Source: Candidatus Woesearchaeota archaeon (GTDB lineage: Archaea; Nanobdellota; Nanobdellia; Woesearchaeales; GW2011-AR9). Taken from it: a stretch of DNA of 64,000 nt. Position numbers and translations under genes: made by a program. The stretch is from contig JABHQW010000008.1 in NCBI GenBank assembly GCA_018696595.1, forward strand, positions 64,001-128,000. Direction: 5' to 3'. The notes under the pieces were generated by a model. It searched no databases, had not been told where the DNA came from, and was given only the letters and a program-made list of their open reading frames with translations. Shown one piece after another: positions 48,411-58,353 of the stretch (the stretch's first letter is position 1; every line of letters starts with the position of its first letter).

Positions 48411-49712
48411 TTATTTTCTGCCAACTCCAAAATATTCGAAGCCAATCTCTCGCAAATAATTGGGATTATAAATATTACGGCCATCAAACATTTTCTTAGC
48501 TAACATGGTTTCTCCAATTCCTTTCAAATTAATATTTCTAAATTCGTCCCATTCAGTAACAAGAATAATTCCATCTGTCCCCTTTGCAGCAGCTTCGGGA
48601 GAGTTAAAGTAATTTATTTGTTCACCAAATATTTCTTTAATATTATCTATTGCTTCAGGATCATAAACATTTATTTTTGCACCAGATTTTAATAGTTCTT
48701 TAATTACAGAAAGAGAACAAGAGTCCCTGATGTCATCTGTTTTTGGTTTAAATGAAAGGCCCCAAATCGCTAGCTTTTTCTCTTTTAGATCAGGATAAAC
48801 AAAATTAATCTTAGGTAAAAGCACCAACTTTTGTCTTTCATTAAGTTGGTGGACTTCTTCTAATAACTTTGAGCGATAACCTTGTTCTTTAGCGGTGGCA
48901 CATATTGCTTTTATATCCTTGGGAAAACAACTGCCCCCATAACCAGTCCCAGCATTTAGGAATTTAGGACTAATTCGATAATCCATACCAATTGCTTGTG
49001 AAACTTCTTTAATATCCGCCCCAACCAAATCACAAATATTGGCAATTTCATTAATAAAACTGATTTTGGTAGCTAGGAAAGAATTATTAGCGTACTTACT
49101 CATTTCTGAAGTTTCCCAATTAGTTACTAAGAATTTTAGATAGGGCCTCATTAGTCCAGCATAAACTTGTTTAATAATCTCAGCAGATTTATCACTTTTA
49201 ACTCCGATGATGATTTTATCGGGATGCGTAAAATCATGAACAGCATTTCCTTCTTTCAAGAACTCGGGATTAGACGCAACTTCAACTTCAGAATTTGGAT
49301 TAATCTCAATAATTGTTTTTTGACATTTTCTTGCAGTCCCAGGAGGAACTGTACTTTTGTTAATAAGAAGTTTATATCCCTGAGAATATCTTGCTACATC
49401 TTTTGCAACATTAAAAACATAATCTAGTTTCGCAGAACCATCTTCCTTACTTGGAGTTCCAACACAATTAAAAATGACTTCGCCAAAATTAGCCCCTTCT
49501 TGACAATCAGTTGAAAAGAATAATCTGTTTCTTCCCATATTCTTTGTGATTAGCTCTTTTAATCCTGGCTCATAAAAAGGAACCACACCATTCTTTAATT
49601 GAATAATTTTGTTCTCATCAATATCAATACATAAAACATTATGACCTAAGTTAGCTAAACAAGCACCCGTTACTAAGCCAACGTATCCAGTTCCAAAAAT
49701 ACTAATCTTCAT
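48411..49712 (-). CDS. ugd: UDP-glucose/GDP-mannose 6-dehydrogenase
   Basis: GTGYVGL, VGTP, KSTVPPG, NPEFLKEG, KYANNSFLATKISF, GYGGSCFPKD and FKPKTDD motifs. Confidence 0.93.
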   Translation of the reverse strand: MKISIFGTGYVGLVTGACLANLGHNVLCIDIDENKIIQLKNGVVPFYEPGLKELITKNMGRNRLFFSTDCQEGANFGEVIFNCVGTPSKEDGSAKLDYVFNVAKDVARYSQGYKLLINKSTVPPGTARKCQKTIIEINPNSEVEVASNPEFLKEGNAVHDFTHPDKIIIGVKSDKSAEIIKQVYAGLMRPYLKFLVTNWETSEMSKYANNSFLATKISFINEIANICDLVGADIKEVSQAIGMDYRISPKFLNAGTGYGGSCFPKDIKAICATAKEQGYRSKLLEEVHQLNERQKLVLLPKINFVYPDLKEKKLAIWGLSFKPKTDDIRDSCSLSVIKELLKSGAKINVYDPEAIDNIKEIFGEQINYFNSPEAAAKGTDGIILVTEWDEFRNINLKGIGETMLAKKMFDGRNIYNPNYLREIGFEYFGVGRK

Positions 49713-49751
49713 TCTTTATTACCTCATTAATTGTTTTATATATTATCTCCA

Positions 49752-50510
49752 TTATTTCTCTAGATAAAAAATCCCTGTCGCAATTTTTTCATTATTACTT
49801 GATTCAAATTCCATTGCTTTTTCTAAAGCCATCATTTTATTTGTTAAATCGTGATCATTTCCCAATTCATAAATTCTTTCTTGATAGAAATCAAACTTGT
49901 GCCCAAACGTAACACAAGATTGTAAAATATCTACAAACGCGAAACCATTATGGTGGATTGCCTCTTTAATTATTTCAGTCATCTGTTTTAAATTTCCCGC
50001 ATAAGCTCTAGCAACAAAAGTAGCCCCTGCAGAGATTGCAAGAGTAATCGGGTTAATTGGTTTTTCTGTTGAACCCAAAGGACTGGATTTACTTTTCTTC
50101 CCAATACTTGAAGTTGGAGAATATTGTCCAATTGTTAAACCAAAAACACTATTGTTGTGAACTAAATAAGTGAGGTTAACATTTCTTCTACATGCATGAA
50201 TAAAATGATTTCCGCCTTCACCATAACCTGCTCCGTCTCCACTTAGTGCAATAACATTAAGTTTAGGATTAGCTAACTTAACTCCCTGAGCTACTGGTAA
50301 ACTTCGACCATGCAATCCCACAAAACCATTAACTTTGATCCAATAAGGAAGTTTAGCATAACACCCAACTCCAGAAACTAAAGTAGTGTTGTGTGGTTCT
50401 AAATGAAGTTCTGTTAAAGATTTCTTTATCCCCATTAAGATTGCATAATTGCCACAACCACTACACCAGTTTGAAAGTTCAGTCCTATCATAATCTTTAA
50501 TTGCTACCAT
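49752..50510 (-). CDS. korB: 2-oxoacid:ferredoxin oxidoreductase beta subunit
   Basis: WCSGCG, SGVGC, LHGR, GDG...GG.H, HNN..FGLT.GQ.SPT and SCVTF motifs. Slightly short at the C-terminus. Confidence 0.9.
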   Translation of the reverse strand: MVAIKDYDRTELSNWCSGCGNYAILMGIKKSLTELHLEPHNTTLVSGVGCYAKLPYWIKVNGFVGLHGRSLPVAQGVKLANPKLNVIALSGDGAGYGEGGNHFIHACRRNVNLTYLVHNNSVFGLTIGQYSPTSSIGKKSKSSPLGSTEKPINPITLAISAGATFVARAYAGNLKQMTEIIKEAIHHNGFAFVDILQSCVTFGHKFDFYQERIYELGNDHDLTNKMMALEKAMEFESSNNEKIATGIFYLEK

Positions 50511-52240
50511 TAGTTTAACCTTTTCTTTAATTCTTCATAAACTTTATTTATAGTAAATGGATTCCCATCATAACGTAAAATTTTATCTTCAATCATTATC
50601 CCTGTTTGTTCTGCGATTAATTCTCCAAGTTGCCCAGAATAATTACACTCCAGTAAAACCAGTTTCTTAGAACCCACTAAAAGTTCTTTAACTTCTTTAT
50701 TATGGAAAGGAAATAAATATTCTAAACAAAGGAAATTAACTTTTTTACTTTCTAAATTTAACTTTTCCATTGCTTCAACAACAGCCCCATAATTACTACC
50801 CCAAGAAACAATTGTAAGTTCCGCATCTTCTGGTCCAACTAATTTAGGGATGGGCAATTCTTTTTTTGCTAACTTTAACTTATTCATTCTCCTTTGCATC
50901 ATTTCTATTCTGGTTTTAGGTTCTTCTATAATTTGACCAACAGCATCATGTTCATCACCAGTACAAGTATAAACCCCATTAATGGTTCCAGGAAGGGTTC
51001 TATTAATGTTGTCTTTTTCATAGCGTTTGTAAATCCCATCAGAATTTAGTTGTCCCTCATTCACAGATTCAATCATATTTATTCTTTGATCATAATTAAA
51101 AGTAAATTCTTTTTCTACCTCTTCTAAATTCAAGGTTTGAGAACTTTCTGTAAGATGTTTATCTACCAACACAATAACTGGTAACTGATACTTTTCTGCT
51201 AAATAAAAAGCACGTTTTGTTTCAGTATAACATTCACCAACTGTTTTTGGAGCAATAACCACTCTAGGAAAATCTCCTTGTGAAGCAGAAAGAACAAACT
51301 TCAAATCTCCTTGTTCAGTTTTTGTTGGTAATCCTGTTGCAGGACCGGGTCTTTGACCTTCAATCAAAACTAAAGGAATTTCTGCCATTCCCGCTAATCC
51401 AAAAGATTCTACCATTAAAGAAAATCCCCCACCAGATGTTGCAGTCATTGCTCTTCTTCCAGTATAAGATGCACCTAACGCCATATTAATTGCAGAGATC
51501 TCATCTTCTGGTTGAATAACAATTAAATTTTTATTTCTCACTGCTTCTTTAGCTAAGTTATGTAATATCCCCGTTACGGGAGTCATTGGATACTGAGCAT
51601 GAAATGTTAATCCTGCTTTCAATGCCCCTAATGTAATAGCATCATTACCATTAATAAAATGTGAAACTTTATTTTCAATTTCTTTTGCAAATTCCGTCTC
51701 CTTATTTTCCTCAACAGAATCAGATCCTTCTTTCGCTGCAAGTAATAACTTGCCAACAAGAGTTTCTTTTCCTTGGAAATGATCTTTAATTCTTTTTCTT
51801 AAGAGAGAATAATCAATCCCTAATGATTTAACCATCGCTCCTAAAAAAACCGCATTACGAACATTCTTCAAATGATTTCTTTCTTCTATTTTTGTTAGTG
51901 GGATTGGCACATAATTGATATTTTGTTTTTTTTCTTCCAGAACAACCTTTTCGTCATAAAGAACTATTCCGTTTTCAGAAACATTTTTTGTATGTAAATC
52001 TAACGTTCTTTTATCCAAAGCTAACAACAAATCAACATTTTTTACATCTGCAGAAGCTTCTTTATTAGAAATTCTAATAGTGTGATAATTGTGCCCACCT
52101 TTTATCTGCGAAGCGTAATCTTTACTAGAAAAAATATTATAACCCAAATTAATGAAAAGTTTAGCAATTATGTCGGCAGCTGAAGCTAAACCCCAACCCG
52201 CTTCTCCACCAATCCTAATTACATAAGATTCTGTATTCAT
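50510..52240 (-). CDS. korA: 2-oxoacid:ferredoxin oxidoreductase alpha subunit (gamma+alpha domains)
   Basis: GGEAGWG, QIKGGH, GNDA, YPMTP, QPEDE, TATSGGGFSLM and QRPGPATGLPT motifs. Confidence 0.92.
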   Translation of the reverse strand: MNTESYVIRIGGEAGWGLASAADIIAKLFINLGYNIFSSKDYASQIKGGHNYHTIRISNKEASADVKNVDLLLALDKRTLDLHTKNVSENGIVLYDEKVVLEEKKQNINYVPIPLTKIEERNHLKNVRNAVFLGAMVKSLGIDYSLLRKRIKDHFQGKETLVGKLLLAAKEGSDSVEENKETEFAKEIENKVSHFINGNDAITLGALKAGLTFHAQYPMTPVTGILHNLAKEAVRNKNLIVIQPEDEISAINMALGASYTGRRAMTATSGGGFSLMVESFGLAGMAEIPLVLIEGQRPGPATGLPTKTEQGDLKFVLSASQGDFPRVVIAPKTVGECYTETKRAFYLAEKYQLPVIVLVDKHLTESSQTLNLEEVEKEFTFNYDQRINMIESVNEGQLNSDGIYKRYEKDNINRTLPGTINGVYTCTGDEHDAVGQIIEEPKTRIEMMQRRMNKLKLAKKELPIPKLVGPEDAELTIVSWGSNYGAVVEAMEKLNLESKKVNFLCLEYLFPFHNKEVKELLVGSKKLVLLECNYSGQLGELIAEQTGIMIEDKILRYDGNPFTINKVYEELKKRLN

Positions 52241-52986
52241 AATGTTCTGTAAACCTCATCTGCTTGTTTTAAACTTTCTATATTTCCAACATCAAACCAA
52301 TGGTCTTCAAATATATATCCATGCACTTTGGACTCTTTTACTAAAAATTTAACTAAATCCCCAGAATTATCTGCATAACCAGATTCTACAGCTTTTTCTA
52401 CATGTTTCAAATCTTCTTTATGAAAAATGTAACACGCAGTTGCAGCTAAAGTACTTTTTGGTTCTTCAGGTTTTTCTTCGAAATCAATCACTTGAGAACA
52501 TTCTTGTTTGAGAATCGCCACCCCAAATTTATTTCTAACTTTATCTTTGTCTTTAAGATCATGTAAAGCAACAACAGAATTATTCTTTGTGTTAAACTGA
52601 TTGATAAAACTATTTAATGGAAAACCAAAAAGGTTATCGCCAGCAATAACTAACAAATTATCATTAATCTCTTCTTCTTTGAGAACATGATGAATATCCC
52701 CCACCGGACCTAGACGATCTTCATTGCTGATTGTGCCATCATTAATTACCTTTACTTTTTTAGAACAATTAAGATCATTTAACCAAACCATAAAATGACC
52801 ATAAAATTTATTATTTGTAACTATGAAGATTTCATCGATATTATCTACATCATTTAACTTTTTAAGAATATGTTCTACGATTGGAACTCCTGCCACTTTA
52901 AGTAATGGTTTTGGTTGATTTTCTGTTAATGGATAAAGTCTTGTCGCGTATCCTGCCGCCAATATTAATGCTTTTATTTTGATCAC
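52237..52986 (-). CDS. Sugar-1-phosphate nucleotidyltransferase
   Basis: LILAAGYATRL.P...PKPLL, AGDNLF, FEEKP and WFDVG motifs. Confidence 0.85.
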   Translation of the reverse strand: MIKIKALILAAGYATRLYPLTENQPKPLLKVAGVPIVEHILKKLNDVDNIDEIFIVTNNKFYGHFMVWLNDLNCSKKVKVINDGTISNEDRLGPVGDIHHVLKEEEINDNLLVIAGDNLFGFPLNSFINQFNTKNNSVVALHDLKDKDKVRNKFGVAILKQECSQVIDFEEKPEEPKSTLAATACYIFHKEDLKHVEKAVESGYADNSGDLVKFLVKESKVHGYIFEDHWFDVGNIESLKQADEVYRTL

Positions 52987-53098
52987 CTATTTTGTATATT
53001 TATTCTGATTTAAGTTAAATTAACTCAAAATCGTTTAAAAGCATTGTGGAAGAAAGGTATTAAATAGAAGGTAAATTTGATTAAAGACAAACAAGATT

Positions 53099-53106
53099 AA
53101 AAAAAA
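53099..53106 (-). terminator. Oligo-U terminator of the 5S rRNA
   Basis: An 8-T run on the minus strand immediately after the 5S 3' end. Confidence 0.6.
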
Positions 53107-53107
53107 G

Positions 53108-53218
53108 GAGGACAGCTTATCAAGTTTCCCGCGTAATGCAGTACACCAAGATACGGAGGCGTTCTTAACTTCTGTGTTCGAAATGGGAACAGGTGAACCA
53201 AGCCCCTATGGCCGTCCA
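53108..53218 (-). rRNA. rrf: 5S ribosomal RNA, stand-alone
   Basis: Minus strand GGACGGCCATAG...CCTGTTCCCATTTCGAACACAGAAGTTAAG...GTACTG...GGGAAAC...GCTGTCC, with the conserved 5S core and paired ends. Exact termini uncertain by about 2 nt. Confidence 0.95.
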
Positions 53219-53239
53219 TTAAGCTCATAATACTGGCTA

Positions 53240-53247
53240 TTTATAAA
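53240..53247 (-). promoter_or_regulatory. TATA box of the 5S rRNA gene
   Basis: TTTATAAA about 23 nt upstream of the 5S 5' end. Confidence 0.65.
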
Positions 53248-53400
53248 GGTTTCTGAAAGAAGCTTAAAAAATTCGAAGAATTTTTGCTTAATTTTGATTG
53301 AAAATGCCTTACTAAAGAAGATAGATTTAGATTCTTATTCCATAACCCTTTAAAAAAGAAAAACATTACTTCCACTAACAAAAAGAAGGTGAATAAAAAA

Positions 53401-54105
53401 ATGATTGAAACGGCAATTATTCTGGCAGGTGGACTAGGAACAAGGTTAAGACCTTTAACAGATAAAACCCCAAAACCCTTACTGCCAATTAAAGAAAAAC
53501 CAATAATAAGTCACATAATTGAGAATTTGAAAAAATTTGGAGTTAAGAATATAATTCTCTCTATAGGATACAAAGCAGAAGATATCCAAGAACATTTCAA
53601 AGATGGATCACATTTAGGTGTAAATATCTCTTATTCTATTGAAACAGAACCCTTGGGTACAGGAGGAGCAATCAAGCAAGCAGCAGCAGGATTAGAAAAA
53701 CCGTTTATTTTATTGTGGGGAGATAACTTAATGGACATTGACTTAAACACAATGTATAAAGATTTTTTAAGAGATGCACCCCAAGTAACTATGACTTTAA
53801 CCCCCAGAGAAGATGTAGAAAACTTTGGTGTGGCAACATTACAAGAAAATAAAATAATTAGTTTTGTAGAAAAACCTAAAAGGGAAGAAGCGCCAAGTAA
53901 TTTAATTAATGCTGGCGGTTTTATTATTGAACCAGAATGTCTAAAGATTCTTCCAGAAGGAAAGTCTTCGATGGAAAAAGATTGTTTTGAAAAAATTGCC
54001 CCACTTGGAGAAATTTCTGCACATGTCCATGAAGGACAATGGTTCCCAACAGACACATTAGAGAAATATCAACACGCTTACGATAATTTTAAGCCACTAT
54101 TATAA
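53401..54105 (+). CDS. NDP-sugar synthase (mannose-1-phosphate guanylyltransferase-like)
   Basis: ILAGGLGTRLRP...PKPLL, EPLGTGG, GDN, FVEKP and INAG motifs. ATG 53401 follows a GGTGA ribosome-binding site. Confidence 0.85.
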   Translation: MIETAIILAGGLGTRLRPLTDKTPKPLLPIKEKPIISHIIENLKKFGVKNIILSIGYKAEDIQEHFKDGSHLGVNISYSIETEPLGTGGAIKQAAAGLEKPFILLWGDNLMDIDLNTMYKDFLRDAPQVTMTLTPREDVENFGVATLQENKIISFVEKPKREEAPSNLINAGGFIIEPECLKILPEGKSSMEKDCFEKIAPLGEISAHVHEGQWFPTDTLEKYQHAYDNFKPLL

Positions 54106-54107
54106 AA

Positions 54108-54869
54108 ATGCCAATCGTAGAAAATATTAATTCAAGTGAGAAGAAAGTTATCATTGCCGATGTTGATGATACCATTTGTGAAAGTTGTCAACTTGTTTCT
54201 GATGAAATGGCTTTAGAAATTTCTCGATTAATTGATACTGGTTTTAGTTTCGCTTTTATCAGTGGAACAAAAAGTGAAAGTTTGCAAAGAATGATTTCTT
54301 CAAAGTTAAAAAAAGAACACCACATCTTAGGTACTACTGGAACAAATTATACATTAATTAAAGAGGATAGTTCAGTTGAAATAATTTACAAATATTCTCT
54401 TTCAGATGAAGAAAAAGGAGAAATTATTAATGCATTTGATAAACTAATTGAAAATTATAACATCCAATCGATGACCACTAAAGAAGATCAAGTACAAGAC
54501 AGAGATTCACAAATTACTCTTTCTGCCATTGGAAGACATGCTCCTACAGAAGCTAAGGCAGCTTATGATTCAGATGGAAAAATAAGATTAATGTGGATTG
54601 AGTTTCTAAAGAAACATTTAGATTCTGAAAAGTACCATATGAAGATCGGTGGAACAACATCTGTTGATATTACTAAAAAAGGTTTTGATAAAGAATGGGG
54701 AATCAGAAAGTTTGCTAAACACAATAACATAAACCATTCAGAGATAATCTTCTTTGGGGACAAGTTGTATCCAGGAGGAAATGACTTCCCGGCAACTAAG
54801 ATAGTTGATTGTGTTGCTGTTAAGAACCCAGAAGATACTATTAGAAAACTAAAAGAATTTTTCTCATAA
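54108..54869 (+). CDS. HAD-superfamily IIB phosphomannomutase-like enzyme
   Basis: DVDDT (DxD), SG, QDRDSQIT, GGTTSVD...FDK and FFGDKLYPGGND motifs, as in eukaryote-type PMM. Confidence 0.75.
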   Translation: MPIVENINSSEKKVIIADVDDTICESCQLVSDEMALEISRLIDTGFSFAFISGTKSESLQRMISSKLKKEHHILGTTGTNYTLIKEDSSVEIIYKYSLSDEEKGEIINAFDKLIENYNIQSMTTKEDQVQDRDSQITLSAIGRHAPTEAKAAYDSDGKIRLMWIEFLKKHLDSEKYHMKIGGTTSVDITKKGFDKEWGIRKFAKHNNINHSEIIFFGDKLYPGGNDFPATKIVDCVAVKNPEDTIRKLKEFFS

Positions 54870-54875
54870 CTTTAT

Positions 54876-55223
54876 CTAATGAACAATTGCAGGAGTAGGG
54901 CGACCTTTCTTCATAGTAGAAGAACTAACATTCTCAGAACGCAATCTTCTCTGCCGAATTTCTTCCCCAAGTCTCCAATCTTGAACTATTGCAGTTGTAG
55001 TAATTTCTGCGGCCACCTGATCTGGAAAAATCATTTTATGAGCCATACAATAATCTCTTGCTTGCCCTAAATATACTTTGGTTTGAGCTTCATCTCCTTC
55101 CTGAGCAGAACTAAGTGCTAGAGATAATGAGGTGTATCCAACTGTTCCTTGATTAGCCGTTAATGAAGCCTTAACTGCTTGACTTTCACGCCGAGCTAAA
55201 TATTCTAAGCTTAAATTTACCAT
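54876..55223 (-). CDS. Hypothetical protein
   Basis: 115-aa ORF with an upstream TTTATAAA box about 25 nt before the ATG; no recognisable motif. Confidence 0.5.
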   Translation of the reverse strand: MVNLSLEYLARRESQAVKASLTANQGTVGYTSLSLALSSAQEGDEAQTKVYLGQARDYCMAHKMIFPDQVAAEITTTAIVQDWRLGEEIRQRRLRSENVSSSTMKKGRPTPAIVH

Positions 55224-55310
55224 TTTTATGTTTTTTAATGAGAAGTTTATAAAGTTTATTGTAAATTTGTAATGAAAACATTTAAATTAAACAAACATTA
55301 ATTCTTAATT

Positions 55311-56204
55311 ATGGATGAAGAAACATTACAAAAATATGTTGATGCTGGCAAGATTGCCTCAGAAGCATTACATTACGGAAAATCACTAATTGTTAAAGGA
55401 GCAAAAGTAATCGAGATACTTGATGCTGTTGAAGAGAAAATTGCAGAATTAGGAGGAAAACCGGCTTTTCCTGCACAAATCTCATTAAACGAATTTGCAG
55501 CACATTCTTGTTCAGATTTAAATGACGAAACAATCTTATCAGATCAGATTGTTAAATTGGATGTAGGAGTGCATCTTGATGGTTTTATCGCTGATAATGC
55601 TTTAACAGTAGACTTATCTGGCAAGTATAATGATTTAGTTAAAGCCAGCCGTGAAGCCCTAAATAATGCTTTAAAGGTTATCAAACCAGGTGTTACTTTG
55701 GGAGAAATTGGAAAAGTGATTCATGAAACAATTACTTCTTACGGATTTGCTCCAGTAAAGAATCTTTCAGGCCATGGATTAGGAGAATATCAAATCCATA
55801 CAAAACCCTCAGTTCCAAACTTTGATAATGGGAATGAAAATGTTCTGGAAGAAGGAGATGTAATTGCAATTGAACCATTCGCATCAACCGGCGCAGGTAT
55901 TGTTCAAGAAAGTTCTCCAGCAACAGTTTTCACATTAATTAATGATACGGGTGTTAGAGATCCAATTTCAAGAAAAATTATGATTAAAGCTAAAGAAAAT
56001 AAAGGTTTACCTTTTGCCAAAAGATGGTTAGAAAAAGATTTTGGAACTGCTAAAACTAATTTTGCTTTACGAATGTTAAGAAAAGCAGGTTGTGTTGATG
56101 AACATCCACCTTTGTTTGACCAGAATAAAGGCATGGTAAGTCAAGCAGAACATACTGTTATTGTTTCTGAAGAACCAATTATAACAACTTGGCATGAAAA
56201 GTAA
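55311..56204 (+). CDS. map: Methionine aminopeptidase, type II
   Basis: AFP, AAH, KLDVGVHLDGFIAD, NLSGH, AIEPF and QAEHT motifs. Confidence 0.95.
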   Translation: MDEETLQKYVDAGKIASEALHYGKSLIVKGAKVIEILDAVEEKIAELGGKPAFPAQISLNEFAAHSCSDLNDETILSDQIVKLDVGVHLDGFIADNALTVDLSGKYNDLVKASREALNNALKVIKPGVTLGEIGKVIHETITSYGFAPVKNLSGHGLGEYQIHTKPSVPNFDNGNENVLEEGDVIAIEPFASTGAGIVQESSPATVFTLINDTGVRDPISRKIMIKAKENKGLPFAKRWLEKDFGTAKTNFALRMLRKAGCVDEHPPLFDQNKGMVSQAEHTVIVSEEPIITTWHEK

Positions 56205-56240
56205 GTTTTAAATAGATAACTTGTTTCTTTTTATCACTAA

Positions 56241-56765
56241 ATGAAAAAAAATACTAAATCATTGTTGATTATTGTAGCAGTAATTGTTGTTTTATTCTTA
56301 GGTTATTTTATTATTAAATGGAATGGTTGTATTGGATGCGGACAGAATAATGATTTTTATGAAGAACAAAAAGCAAAACAAATTCAGGAACAAATAAAAC
56401 TGCAATTATTAGAAGATCTTGACAATGGAGCGGGGAGGTTAGCATTTCCCGCAACAACTTTAAAATTAAAACAAAGTGAAAAAGAATATTTTTTCTTTGG
56501 AATCAATAATGTTTTACCGCTTCCACTTAACTTCAAGGTTAAAATTGAGAAGAAAGAATGTAAGAATAATGATAAAGAAGTAGAAATAAAGACCACATAT
56601 GATGAAGACCCACAATTTCTTAATTCAACAGATCGTTTAATGGTAAGTTTTAATATGGAAACAGAGAGTCATAATTTTGGAGATTGCCTATATCAATTAT
56701 TAATCATTAATTTAGAAACAGAAGAAATTTATGCAGAAAAAGCCTTCTTTGTACAAATCACTTAA
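56241..56765 (+). CDS. Secreted or membrane-anchored hypothetical protein
   Basis: N-terminal hydrophobic helix followed by a beta-rich domain. Confidence 0.6.
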   Translation: MKKNTKSLLIIVAVIVVLFLGYFIIKWNGCIGCGQNNDFYEEQKAKQIQEQIKLQLLEDLDNGAGRLAFPATTLKLKQSEKEYFFFGINNVLPLPLNFKVKIEKKECKNNDKEVEIKTTYDEDPQFLNSTDRLMVSFNMETESHNFGDCLYQLLIINLETEEIYAEKAFFVQIT

Positions 56766-56934
56766 TTCTTTCCCTAATCAAAGGCAATCCTTTCCAAACA
56801 AATAATGCACCAAGAGCAATAACAATCCAAAACATCAATGTGCTAACTAATTGCATTGCAAATAGAATCATGTTCGCAATAAGAATTACTAGAACAACAT
56901 ATCCAATTGCTTTTAATTTCTGAGGTTTATCCAT
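56758..56934 (-). CDS. Small two-TM membrane protein (58 aa), not in the ORF track
   Basis: MDKPQKLKAIGYVVLVILIANMILFAMQLVSTLMFWIVIALGALFVWKGLPLIRERIK*; the ATG overlaps the hisS stop. Confidence 0.65.
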   Translation of the reverse strand: MDKPQKLKAIGYVVLVILIANMILFAMQLVSTLMFWIVIALGALFVWKGLPLIRERIK

Positions 56935-58225
56935 CTTGTTTCAACTTCTTAACAACACTTTTCAAAGCCAGCAGTTTCTGGTCTCCAGTAACCATATCTC
57001 TAAGAAGAACTTTATTTTTCTTCACTTCATCGCTACCGATAATGATTGCATAAGGAATTCCTAAAGTGTTTGCATATTGTAAATTCTTGCTCATCCCTCT
57101 ACCATTAAGATCATAATCTGCAGCAATCCCTTCATTCCTTAACTGTTGAACTATTTGTAAAGATTCCTTTTCAGTTTTAATTGGAATTACAAAAACTTTT
57201 GCCAGAGTTCGTTTTACTAAATTTTCTTTTTCTTTAATACTTTCAATGATTGGAACTAAACCAAAGCTCCCACCTACTGCCGGAACAACTCTGTTTCCGC
57301 CCATGAAGTTTCCAATCATATTATCCCACCTTCCGCCAGCGGCTAATGAGGAAGTTATTTTTCCTTTCTTCATAAAAGCTTCAAAGATAGTTCCAGTATA
57401 ATATGCTAATCCCCTAGCAAGAGAAACATCAAACTTAGCAGATTTAATACCCATACTTCTTAAGTAAGAAAAAACTTCTTCCAATTCTTTAACACCTTCT
57501 TTTCCTTCTTCAGAAGTTATTTTCTTTTTTATTCCTGCTAATGAAATGTTTTCTTGAATTAATTCAAAGATTGCATTAATTTGTTTTTTCTTAAATCCTT
57601 TTTCTAACAATTCTTCTGTAACTCCCGTTACCCTAATCTTTGCTAACTTGTCAATAGAAATAATTGCCTCTTCTTTATTTTCTATTCCTGCTTGTTCTAA
57701 AATTCCGTTAAGCAATTTCCGATTATTAACTTTGATAATTGTATCAAGTTTTAATTTATTAAAACCAGTACTCATGATAGCAATAATTTCAGCATCAGCT
57801 AACATAGATTTACTGCCAATAGTATCTACATCACATTGCCAGAATTGTCTTACTCGACCTGCTTTAATTGGGCCATCTCTGAAAACAGAACCCATCTCAA
57901 AACGTTTAAAGGGCATTTTTAAAGTTGGATTCATAGCAACAAATCTTGCCAAAGGAACAGTTAAATCAAACCTTAATCCCAAATCCCTTTTTCCTTGATC
58001 AGTTAATGTAAAAGTTTCTTTCAACGCATCAGAAGCCTCTCCAGCTGCAAACTTAGCAGTTAGAGTTTCGTACCTTTCTATGATTGGTGTTTCTAAAGGA
58101 GCGAACCCGTATAGTTGAAACACTTCTCTTAAAGTATCAACTACCTTATTCTTGATAATCTTTTCTTCAGGTGGAGTATCTTGTACTCCTCTTGCTGTTT
58201 GTAGCTTCATTTTCATATTCCTCAT
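56927..58225 (-). CDS. hisS: Histidine--tRNA ligase
   Basis: ARGVQD, ETP, LRFDLTVP, FRDGP...GRVRQFWQCD, LARGLAYYTG and GGRWD motifs plus the anticodon-binding domain. The start may be a downstream ATG (MKMKLQ). Confidence 0.95.
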   Translation of the reverse strand: MRNMKMKLQTARGVQDTPPEEKIIKNKVVDTLREVFQLYGFAPLETPIIERYETLTAKFAAGEASDALKETFTLTDQGKRDLGLRFDLTVPLARFVAMNPTLKMPFKRFEMGSVFRDGPIKAGRVRQFWQCDVDTIGSKSMLADAEIIAIMSTGFNKLKLDTIIKVNNRKLLNGILEQAGIENKEEAIISIDKLAKIRVTGVTEELLEKGFKKKQINAIFELIQENISLAGIKKKITSEEGKEGVKELEEVFSYLRSMGIKSAKFDVSLARGLAYYTGTIFEAFMKKGKITSSLAAGGRWDNMIGNFMGGNRVVPAVGGSFGLVPIIESIKEKENLVKRTLAKVFVIPIKTEKESLQIVQQLRNEGIAADYDLNGRGMSKNLQYANTLGIPYAIIIGSDEVKKNKVLLRDMVTGDQKLLALKSVVKKLKQDG

Positions 58226-58260
58226 TATTATTTTATTGTTTATATAATTTACTTGTAATT

Positions 58261-58353
58261 GTGAGTATTAAGTTAGATTTGCCAATTGAGACGCATTTTT
58301 TCCGCATTTCAGGAAAAAATCTACGCACCGTGCAATCTTAACTTAATACTTAC
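58261..58353. mobile_element. 93-bp MITE-like element with 14-bp TIRs and an 8-bp target-site duplication
   Basis: TIRs GTGAGTATTAAGTT (58261-58274) and AACTTAATACTTAC (58340-58353), 13/14 matching. TTGTAATT flanks both sides (58253-58260, 58354-58361). Inner 9-bp stem at 58295-58303 / 58312-58320. Confidence 0.7.

Noticed and set aside
49752-50510. Truncated or pseudogenised korB
   Set aside because: All ThDP and Fe-S motifs are intact, only a variable tail is short, and the following DNA looks like the ugd promoter.
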